A DNA stretch of 64,000 nucleotides, from IMG/VR virus record IMGVR_UViG_3300034171_000062, positions 96,001-160,000 of that record. One strand, given 5' to 3'. The notes under the pieces are model-generated. The model worked only from the letters and a program-made list of their open reading frames with translations. It made no database searches and was not told where the DNA came from. Position numbers and translations under genes: made by a program. This DNA is from a virus. Taxonomy: Duplodnaviria; Caudoviricetes. Below, piece by piece: positions 40,404 through 48,264 of this stretch. The first letter of the stretch is position 1. Every line of letters starts with the position of its first letter.

Positions 40404-40645
40404 CTCTTTGCTGAATGCACAAACTTCTTGTGAAACTGGTCGGCGGTCAAGTAGTCCTCCGAACCGTTGTGGTGTCGTAAGAAATACCCACCTAAGACAG
40501 GCTGTTGTTTCTGAATGTATTTGGAGGAAGTTATCGCCGTGTAGGTAACTCCGTCGCGCTTCCCAGTTAGGCGTGCTCCGCCGTTGGGTAACGAGGTCAT
40601 GGTGTCGATGCGAAGGGCCTCCACGGGGCGCTCAGGGTGTGTCAT
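40397..40645 (-). CDS. Small phage protein with PVxGGY motif
   Basis: AGGAG RBS; QPVLGGYFLRHHNGSEDYL...F resembles a common small phage protein family. Confidence 0.7.
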   Translation of the reverse strand: MTHPERPVEALRIDTMTSLPNGGARLTGKRDGVTYTAITSSKYIQKQQPVLGGYFLRHHNGSEDYLTADQFHKKFVHSAKRA

Positions 40646-40728
40646 AAACCGTCTCCTATCGTTAGGTCGTTGTTTCTATTATTGTTAACGTTAATTCGTC
40701 TATACGATGACAAAGTTAGGAGAACCCA

Positions 40729-41295
40729 ATGAGCGAGAATCATGTGAAAGACGATTACAGTTATCTAAAAATAGATCTTACTAGGCCCGTGTTATTTCTG
40801 GATTTGTGTGGGGTGTTAAACAATTGCCTGAGCAGTACTTTCTCATGGTATCCAGATAAGGTAGAACGCCGCTGGTTACGACATGACCACGTGGAAGGCC
40901 ATAAGGCTGACTTGCTGTTTGCGTTGCTGAAGCATCGGAATGTGCAAGTGATCATGGTGTCGTCTTGGGTCTCGGCCCATCTGAGACACGACGCCAAAGG
41001 CATTGATGAACTTCGAACGTTCTTTGGGTACGAGGACATCATGGGTAGTGTCTCCACCGGTGGAGGTCCTGAACGTGGTCGGAGTGTGTTGGCTTGCGTC
41101 GAATGGCACGGTCTTCACCGTTGGGGTGTACTCGACGATTCCGAACAGATGTACGATCTGGCAGCGTTGGGTCTCGGGCGGCTGTTCTCACCGCATGGTC
41201 GCTACGGATTGACCGACCAACTTCTAGAGCGCCTCGACACCGAGGCCTTCTTAGAGGACCCTGAGGAGGCGTTTGTACCACCCACGACTCGTTAG
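40729..41295 (+). CDS. HAD-superfamily protein (HAD_SAK_2 / RNA-repair-like type)
   Basis: LFLDLCGVLN, VSSW, VLDD and GLT motifs. Confidence 0.8.
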   Translation: MSENHVKDDYSYLKIDLTRPVLFLDLCGVLNNCLSSTFSWYPDKVERRWLRHDHVEGHKADLLFALLKHRNVQVIMVSSWVSAHLRHDAKGIDELRTFFGYEDIMGSVSTGGGPERGRSVLACVEWHGLHRWGVLDDSEQMYDLAALGLGRLFSPHGRYGLTDQLLERLDTEAFLEDPEEAFVPPTTR

Positions 41296-41368
41296 TCATC
41301 TGAGATGTGATCGTTCGATGTGGTACGCCTGAGGGCGTTCTACAGGTCACTCCAGATTATTTCAACGA

Positions 41369-41383
41369 TATATCATCGAGGTG
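41369..41383 (+). promoter_or_regulatory. Putative early promoter TATATCAT-CG-AGGT
   Basis: Matches the recurrent motif. Confidence 0.7.
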
Positions 41384-41499
41384 CCTTAGACATACCGCCT
41401 TAAGTTGCGTAATTCGTAACAGGCGAGGTAGCTTGTATGTCAACAGCGCAACACGCGTGTACACCGTAAATCACCAACACGAATTAAGGATATCCTTTT

Positions 41500-41970
41500 A
41501 TGTCTGAGATTAAACCCTACGTCACCGCTCTTGCGACTGAACTAAAAGCCGGCTTGAAACTGGGAGAAGGCGGCGTCATCAACGCAGATAAAGATCTGTA
41601 TGAGAAGACCCTTCCCGACGATCTGGACATGGAGACTGTAAAGAAAGTTTACGGTCACACCGAAGATCTGGTTGCGAGTCTGACGCTGGCGACTGCACAG
41701 ATTGGCGAAGAAGCCATGAAGAAGAATAAGAAGCTGGACTCGGTTTCTTCTGAACTGAAGATAGGTAAGCATGTTGAAATCAACGTGGGTTACCTGCGCA
41801 GTCAGAACCAGACCATCCGCAACATGCAAAACCCAACTGAAGCACCGCGCGAAGTGACCAAGTACGGCGTCAGCACTGCCCGTATCAAAACTTTCGGTCA
41901 GAAGAACCGAGGCGAACTGAAGAAAGTTCGTGCGCACAACGCCGCCGTTGGCGAAAAGCTCTTCAAGTAA
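41500..41970 (+). CDS. Lys-rich hypothetical protein, monocistronic
   Basis: TAAGGA RBS; has its own promoter motif and terminator. Confidence 0.8.
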   Translation: MSEIKPYVTALATELKAGLKLGEGGVINADKDLYEKTLPDDLDMETVKKVYGHTEDLVASLTLATAQIGEEAMKKNKKLDSVSSELKIGKHVEINVGYLRSQNQTIRNMQNPTEAPREVTKYGVSTARIKTFGQKNRGELKKVRAHNAAVGEKLFK

Positions 41971-41989
41971 ATACACTTGAAGTTCAATG

Positions 41990-42026
41990 TGAGGAGGGGC
42001 TAAGGCTCCTCCTTATCTTTTTTTTT
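41990..42026 (+). terminator. Intrinsic terminator
   Basis: GGAGGGGC-TAAG-GCTCCTCC followed by a long T-tract. Confidence 0.85.
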
Positions 42027-42132
42027 GTTTTGGATGCGCCGTTGTCGATGAATCTTATGAAACGACAGGTCGGGATCGCCCGACGATCATACGCGGCGAA
42101 GGTACATTGACACTTCGTCTGGAGGCATACCC

Positions 42133-42801
42133 ATGATTAATCCACGCATCAAGTTGTTGCTTGATCCCCACTTTATTCGGTTCGCAGCCGATAGTTATCA
42201 GTGGGCGTTAGATGCCGATGAAGAATGTCGGGCGTTGTCTACGAGTAAACAAAAGGAGGTCAACGTCTACCGGCGCGGGGTCAGTTACGAACAAACCGCG
42301 ACCGATTTGATCAACGCGGAATTCAAAGACGTGTGCAGCGGTGCCGGATTGGGGTCCATTGACCTGGATGACGCCAAGCGGTCGTGGCGCATTGTCAATC
42401 GTCGGCAATCGGAAGACCCTCTTGGGTTAGCGTACGTGTGGTTCATAACCCGCATTTCCTTGTACGTGCCGGATCGTAAAGGCCACACCCACCACAAGTT
42501 AGATGCTAAGTTAACCCGAAACGAGATTGTATCGTCTCTGTTTCGTCAGTTTCTGAACTGGGCAGAAGCAAGTAATCAATTAGGAATGTTAAGTCCCACT
42601 CCTGAAAACCCGGCGTTTATCGACGAGATTGAAGGTCTGTTCGTAGCGACGATCGACGTGTTGACTGAGAGTAACCCATACGTCCAACAGATCTTTAAAG
42701 GCACCCCCATGGCTGAGGCGATGACCCCGACCGTACTTGCCAGTGAATCTATCGAAACCGAAACCAATCCGATAATAGTCGGACAAACTAAGGCTAACTG
42801 A
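42133..42801 (+). CDS. Hypothetical protein
   Basis: GGAGG RBS; AATCTTATG upstream. Confidence 0.75.
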   Translation: MINPRIKLLLDPHFIRFAADSYQWALDADEECRALSTSKQKEVNVYRRGVSYEQTATDLINAEFKDVCSGAGLGSIDLDDAKRSWRIVNRRQSEDPLGLAYVWFITRISLYVPDRKGHTHHKLDAKLTRNEIVSSLFRQFLNWAEASNQLGMLSPTPENPAFIDEIEGLFVATIDVLTESNPYVQQIFKGTPMAEAMTPTVLASESIETETNPIIVGQTKAN

Positions 42802-42836
42802 GGACACGCAGGGCCACCAACGACGAAGGATCTCTG

Positions 42837-43304
42837 ATGAAAATACTAGATGCGTTGGGGAACGTATTGGAAGAGAAAGTGTCCGTTGTGAAAGTTGACA
42901 TCGTACTAGGTATTCAGTTTGTCAATGAGGTTATACAGAACTGCGGTCTTGACTCACTGATACTCAGGTACAAACAAGATTACAACGTTGAAATTTACGA
43001 CCACGACTTTGACCGCGCAGAACACATACAGCATCTACATCAATTGCACGTCTTCGATCACGAAAACAACATGACCCTACCGATCAATTATAATCGCGAC
43101 ACCTTGTCGGTGATCTATGAGTGGGTTGGCCGCCATCGGACGATATTTTCATCGACACATCGAGTAGACGCCCATCAGCTCTTTATCTTACTGTGTCACA
43201 GCTATTCGTGCAAAAGCATATTGGAGATGAATCGAAGCGATTGCGACTTTCTGTTTAACTATATCTACCTGCGAGATTTCATAGACCACACCAATCTAAT
43301 TTAG
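42837..43304 (+). CDS. Hypothetical protein
   Basis: AAGGA RBS; 155 aa. Confidence 0.65.
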   Translation: MKILDALGNVLEEKVSVVKVDIVLGIQFVNEVIQNCGLDSLILRYKQDYNVEIYDHDFDRAEHIQHLHQLHVFDHENNMTLPINYNRDTLSVIYEWVGRHRTIFSSTHRVDAHQLFILLCHSYSCKSILEMNRSDCDFLFNYIYLRDFIDHTNLI

Positions 43305-43315
43305 TGGAGTACTCT

Positions 43316-43687
43316 ATGAGTCACGTGATCTACACAGTGCAGATGAACAACGTGCGGGTGGCACATGCGGAAGAGATTCCGGTCGTTGACATCACCGTCA
43401 AGTCGGGCAGTAAAGTCTTTGCTCCGACTTGGGAGATGGTCATGGCCCTGAAAAGCGGCGAGATCGGTGAGGACGTGTATACTGCTTACTACGACCAGAT
43501 GATGAAGATGAGTCAGTCCAACGCGCCAGCCGCATGGGGGGCGGTACTCGCCATGGATAAGGTGGCTCTGGTTTGCTACTGTAAGCCCGGGGTGTTCTGT
43601 CATCGACACTTACTTAAAGAAAAACTTACCAGTCTCCATCATCAATTAGGAAATGAAATCCTAGATGGGGGTGAACTCTTACCTTAA
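43316..43687 (+). CDS. DUF488-family protein
   Basis: FAPTW...Y...Y...M...LVCYCKPGVFCHRHLL. Confidence 0.75.
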   Translation: MSHVIYTVQMNNVRVAHAEEIPVVDITVKSGSKVFAPTWEMVMALKSGEIGEDVYTAYYDQMMKMSQSNAPAAWGAVLAMDKVALVCYCKPGVFCHRHLLKEKLTSLHHQLGNEILDGGELLP

Positions 43688-43698
43688 AGGACAAACTC

Positions 43699-44097
43699 AT
43701 GTTACGTTCCAATCTCTTTACCGAAACCGATCAGGGCGACGACGTGCGGACATTAAGTATTGAACAGATCTCTGAGGCTGTCCACGAAGCCAACCGCGCC
43801 TACTGTTTGGGTCAAGGTGACCATAGTCAGCCGGTCTGGTCTGAGGGCGGTGAGGACGTTCAGAAGGGCACTGTCGATGGTGTGATCTTTCACCTAGACA
43901 ATCCAGATGCGGCGGCAGGTGCTTCACACGAAAATTGGATGAAGTATAAGACAGACGAAGGTTGGGTGTATGGCGAGACTAAGTCGGAAGCCGACAAGAC
44001 ACATCCCTCACTAGTGGCGTTCAATGACCTGCCTGAAAAGGAAAAGGTCAAAGACTACTTGTTCGAGTGCTTGGTTCGAAAATTGAGTAGCTTTTAG
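43699..44097 (+). CDS. RyR-domain protein
   Basis: HENWM...GWVYG...KTHPSLVAFNDLPEKEKVKD matches the RyR repeat signature. Confidence 0.85.
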   Translation: MLRSNLFTETDQGDDVRTLSIEQISEAVHEANRAYCLGQGDHSQPVWSEGGEDVQKGTVDGVIFHLDNPDAAAGASHENWMKYKTDEGWVYGETKSEADKTHPSLVAFNDLPEKEKVKDYLFECLVRKLSSF

Positions 44098-44104
44098 TGG
44101 CATC

Positions 44105-44143
44105 GACATAAGGGAGAGGCCTGAGCCTCTCCTTTTATTTTTT
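44105..44143. terminator. Hairpin terminator
   Basis: CGACATAA-GGGAGAGGC-CTGA-GCCTCTCC-TTTTATTTTTT. Confidence 0.8.
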
Positions 44144-44248
44144 GCCTTTCGAATAAAAATGGGGGGGTGGAAACAAAGAAAGGACTTCGGTCTCTTCCTA
44201 CCTAGGCCGAATAAAGGAGGACCCGAAGGTCCTCCCTCATTGACGGTC

Positions 44249-45121
44249 TTAGCCTTCCTCACCAATGCCGCTTTGTGAAGCAGCCTTGAGGTCTTCAGCG
44301 TAACCACTTTCGGCCGCACGGATGTCCTCATCGATCTGATTGACAAACGCCGGACGCTGCATTGGGCCTGCGTTGACGTAGTTCAGTTCGTCGAGGATTG
44401 ACTGTGCGAAACGACGGGTACCTTGGCTCACAACCGGCATCCCACGATACTCAATAGAGAGTTCGGGGACTTCCGCACCAGTGGTTGGGTCCATTTGGGA
44501 CTCAAGTACACCGGAGGTTGTTGGGAACATGTTGGTCACCAGCCACGCTTCTACTACGTGACGACGCAGAGGATCTGGTTCGATGTACAGCATGGTGAAG
44601 CTGTAGATGTCGGCCAGTTGGTCTGTGGGTGGGTTATCCAGAGTCATGATCGCAGGCTGCTTGGTGATCGGCTCTGCAATCAAGTTCCGGATGTACGCTT
44701 GCCAGAAGTTGTGAATCGGACGACCGTAACGCTCATCCCACACGTGCGTTGGCTGAGACATCTCTTCCGTGACGTTGGTTGGGTCGGACTGCATGTGACC
44801 CGCACCACCCACTGGACGCTCAGACGCTTCCACGGTGATTCCCGTACGAAGACCGGTGATATTCTTCGATTGGTTTTCCATCAGGCTTTTCAGAACCGCA
44901 ACCCACTTCTGTGGATTAGGTAGGTTCTGGAAGCCCCGAGGGGCCTCAACCAGAATGGGAATCAAGTTGCGGGGGGTGTAACCCGTATTGGACGGGTAAG
45001 CCGCAAAATCTGGCTGATAACCGTACTGACCCCCAAGCGACAGATCAATCTGAGGCGACTGTCCGTCACGCCCCCGATTGTACGCCTGCGCATCGATCAG
45101 GGTACCCTTGAGTCTTGACAT
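44249..45121 (-). CDS. Tail tube protein (phiKZ gp30-like)
   Basis: 290 aa directly downstream of the sheath gene; LYIEPDP...AWLVTNMFP. Confidence 0.85.
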   Translation of the reverse strand: MSRLKGTLIDAQAYNRGRDGQSPQIDLSLGGQYGYQPDFAAYPSNTGYTPRNLIPILVEAPRGFQNLPNPQKWVAVLKSLMENQSKNITGLRTGITVEASERPVGGAGHMQSDPTNVTEEMSQPTHVWDERYGRPIHNFWQAYIRNLIAEPITKQPAIMTLDNPPTDQLADIYSFTMLYIEPDPLRRHVVEAWLVTNMFPTTSGVLESQMDPTTGAEVPELSIEYRGMPVVSQGTRRFAQSILDELNYVNAGPMQRPAFVNQIDEDIRAAESGYAEDLKAASQSGIGEEG

Positions 45122-45146
45122 AATTCAATACTCCGTAAGCGATGGA

Positions 45147-47213
45147 TTAACCGGCGAAGTCGCTGCGGCGACGTGCGACGATGGTGTATGTGCCGACGGT
45201 CATCATGTTGTTCAGATACAACTCGATGTCGCAGCTCCAGGAGTAGCCCAGCGCTTGATCGAAGTCGGTGAAATAGGTGTTAGGCACCACAATCACACGG
45301 TCGTCGAACCGGCCTTGAGTCTTCTCAGAAATCAGCGTGTTGCTGCGCTCGATGAACTGACCACGAGTCAACTTGCTGGTTCCGGTGAGTTCCCGCCATG
45401 AGCGTTCAGCCACCTTTTCGATTTCTACGATAATCATCGCATTGATCGCGGAGTTCAACACAGACGTGGAATCGTCGTATACGGTCTGAACTGCTGGGAA
45501 GAACAGCGACCGACGGTCAAAGTTCTGTACCCACACCAAACCGGAATCCCAGTCTTTGTCGTAAACGTTCTGCGGCTTGTACGTGCAGTTGACGTCTTTG
45601 AACATGTTGATCTGGTTGTACGGCGCGGTGTCGAAACCACGGTCGCGAGACCAGATACCGTTACCAGCACCCATGAAGCGAGACATCTTATCCGCCAGCT
45701 CAATGGTCAGAGGCATGAGACTTTTGTACTGACTGTTAAGCAAGTGACCGGAATGTCCTACGACCAGTGCCCGACACACAGGTGTGCCAAAGACTTCAGA
45801 CTCTGGATACAACCGAGCCGAAGCACGGAGTGCAATCGCAACGGACGATTCTTCTTCGGCGGTGTTCTGCCGGAAGCCTGGGCTGGTGACGTCCTGTGTT
45901 GACAGAACAATCATCATGTCCTTACGGCGCCCGATCGGCGTCAGTAGCTTCTTCTTTGTCTCCAACGTGAAGCCGGTGTCGTAGATGATGGACTGCGGCC
46001 ACATGGCGCTGTCCATGAAACTGTATTCCAGATCCCCGTAATTGGCGGCCTGGTTTGCAACCAAAGCGTCGAACGTTACGTTATCGATGGTGCCGTCGCT
46101 ACCACCGTTGGCGTAATGATTGCTGTTCGGAGTCAGTTCAATGCCACCTTCCGATTTGCCTAGTACCTGGATGGTGTGGTAGTGAGCACCGGAAACGGAC
46201 TTACCACCAACCAAGTTAACCAAATGACGTCCTTCTTCTACGTCGGTTGGCCAATCTGGTTGGAACGCTTGCTCGCCTGCGTAAACCATATCCAATACAG
46301 TTTGCAGGTTGTCGTGATACACGTGCAGATCGTTGAACGGTCCGAATTGCTTCGGCTGAATGTCCAGATCCCGATAGGCATCCAACAGCACTTGTTCAAT
46401 AAACAATTCGCTGTCGACACGCGTGTTGATCGCGCCTTCTTTGAACGAGAACTCGATGCTCTGAGAACCGGCCACGGTTTCGATCACGTTGGGCTGTGTT
46501 TTACTGTCCGGACGCTGAATCATCTGAATGCGATACAAGAACGTGTTCTGATCGTAGATGACTTCTTCGCTTGCCGGGCTGCTGGCCGAGGCCGTGGTCG
46601 GTGCCCAAAGGCGAATGCCCTTCAGGTTACCATGAGAACCGAAGTCTGAAACTTGCAGATCAACGATCGGGTAAATGGTAGATTGTTGATCCGCCGCGCC
46701 GGTCATTGACCCCGCCATACTGGCACCGCCACCGATGGCGCCATCCGGAACCTCACGCAGTACCCAGCGCATCTTGTGACCCGGAGTGGTATCAGCAGTC
46801 GCTATCGGTTCTCCAGATTGATCAAGAGATAGGCTGTCATCGCTTTCCCGCTCATAAACAGGAAGTTCGTCGGCCACTACTTCCAGGCCCAGGGCCAGGG
46901 TTGCAGGTGCCTTAGCGTCATCGGGCTTGAGTCGTTGAACAACCATCGCGTTGCCGTTGCCGTTAACCACGTTCGCCAGAACGGTTTGGTGGTTGGCATA
47001 CTTGCTGCGAAGGTCAAATGACTTAGCGCCGAACATCCGAGTGGCAGAACCACCAGATACTAATTGTGGCTCAAGTGGTCCCTTTTCTGTAAACAGAAAA
47101 ATGTGTGGAAGGTGTGTTGGGATCTGTTCCGGAACGACCGGTAAGGTCCCTCCAGACTCGTCCTTAACCCCCTGGAGAATCGCCTTGGGGGCGGCATTCA
47201 GAATGGTGCTCAT
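45147..47213 (-). CDS. Contractile tail sheath protein (phiKZ gp29-like)
   Basis: 688 aa; NAAP...GVKDES, PTHLPH, YDTGFTLETK and PESEVFGTPVCR motifs. Confidence 0.88.
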   Translation of the reverse strand: MSTILNAAPKAILQGVKDESGGTLPVVPEQIPTHLPHIFLFTEKGPLEPQLVSGGSATRMFGAKSFDLRSKYANHQTVLANVVNGNGNAMVVQRLKPDDAKAPATLALGLEVVADELPVYERESDDSLSLDQSGEPIATADTTPGHKMRWVLREVPDGAIGGGASMAGSMTGAADQQSTIYPIVDLQVSDFGSHGNLKGIRLWAPTTASASSPASEEVIYDQNTFLYRIQMIQRPDSKTQPNVIETVAGSQSIEFSFKEGAINTRVDSELFIEQVLLDAYRDLDIQPKQFGPFNDLHVYHDNLQTVLDMVYAGEQAFQPDWPTDVEEGRHLVNLVGGKSVSGAHYHTIQVLGKSEGGIELTPNSNHYANGGSDGTIDNVTFDALVANQAANYGDLEYSFMDSAMWPQSIIYDTGFTLETKKKLLTPIGRRKDMMIVLSTQDVTSPGFRQNTAEEESSVAIALRASARLYPESEVFGTPVCRALVVGHSGHLLNSQYKSLMPLTIELADKMSRFMGAGNGIWSRDRGFDTAPYNQINMFKDVNCTYKPQNVYDKDWDSGLVWVQNFDRRSLFFPAVQTVYDDSTSVLNSAINAMIIVEIEKVAERSWRELTGTSKLTRGQFIERSNTLISEKTQGRFDDRVIVVPNTYFTDFDQALGYSWSCDIELYLNNMMTVGTYTIVARRRSDFAG

Positions 47214-47248
47214 TCGAGCCTCCTTTTAACTAACCATGGTCAGAGTCA

Positions 47249-47285
47249 AATTCTATGATCGATGCCGTCGCATCTTCATAGAATT
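47249..47285. promoter_or_regulatory. Two face-to-face late-promoter-like motifs AATTCTATG (+ 47249-47257, - 47285-47277)
   Basis: Identical 9-mers on opposite strands between the divergent sheath and gp28-like operons; phiKZ late promoters have TATG at the start site. Confidence 0.6.
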
Positions 47286-47349
47286 ACAGACGCATTTGAC
47301 CGGAATGTGAAATTTAACAGGTCATACAAACACACATCGGAGTGTAGAT

Positions 47350-48246
47350 ATGTTTCTCTCGCCTTATGAAACCACCGTTTGCCGCAACCACCGCATGGAC
47401 GATATCCGTCTGGAACTCGTGCACATGTTCCTGGAGGGCGAACTGCGCCCCGATCAAGGACGTGTCTGGTTGGTCGGGGATGAAGCCACACAATTGAAGC
47501 CGTTTGCTCACCCCGTGATCTTGGATCACCCTCACGAACGAGGACAACTCATTATCGTGGGCGACGCCCGATCTTCCAGTCGCGTGAATCGAGAAACCAG
47601 TGAATTGCGTGGTGGCTCGGATTTTGAATACCTGAAGCTTCGTTGTCGTTTAATGGACTTGGCTTGGGTCGATGGTCGTGAGACCGATCTACTGAATGCC
47701 GGAGACTTTCAAGTCCGCGTATTTGCACGACTGATGTCTGAGAACCTGGGTCGCCGAATGAACCTGTCGATGGACACTCAGGTACGTGTCCAAGTCATCA
47801 GTGCTCACTATTACATCGGCTTGTTTTACGACGAGGTTCCGGAGGATGAAGAGTACGTACTAAAAATATCGAAACGGATCAGTCGTTCGGTGGGCGTACC
47901 TGTACCCGATGTTCTGTCGATCATTGAAGAGGTGCCACAAATGAAGTCCACTGGGGACTTTACCACGGTACTTTCTGAACATGGCAACAGCGTTCGGTTG
48001 GAAAAACTCAAGCCAGGATTCTTGTACACTATGTTGGGTGGAATTTGGTTCGGTGCCAACAACGTCGAAAACGTCGCGGTGGCGTTGGAACACCCTCCGA
48101 CCTTCTGTGCTATGTTGCAATTGGTCTTGAGCGATCGCAGTTATCGCAAAAGCATTCTAGGTCAACTCATTCAACGCATCGACCGGCGCGGCGAACTGGG
48201 TGAGACCTTTTCATACCATCTGCAAAGGATGGTTTCCGTATCTTAA
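47350..48246 (+). CDS. Virion structural protein (phiKZ gp28-like)
   Basis: Divergent from the sheath gene; VALEHPPTF motif; synteny. Confidence 0.7.
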   Translation: MFLSPYETTVCRNHRMDDIRLELVHMFLEGELRPDQGRVWLVGDEATQLKPFAHPVILDHPHERGQLIIVGDARSSSRVNRETSELRGGSDFEYLKLRCRLMDLAWVDGRETDLLNAGDFQVRVFARLMSENLGRRMNLSMDTQVRVQVISAHYYIGLFYDEVPEDEEYVLKISKRISRSVGVPVPDVLSIIEEVPQMKSTGDFTTVLSEHGNSVRLEKLKPGFLYTMLGGIWFGANNVENVAVALEHPPTFCAMLQLVLSDRSYRKSILGQLIQRIDRRGELGETFSYHLQRMVSVS

Positions 48247-48264
48247 CCGATGTAGGAACGTGGT

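Noticed and set aside
40397-40645. Assignment as a known anti-defence sponge protein (Tad or Acb type)
   Set aside because: Size is compatible, but I cannot match diagnostic residues without a search.
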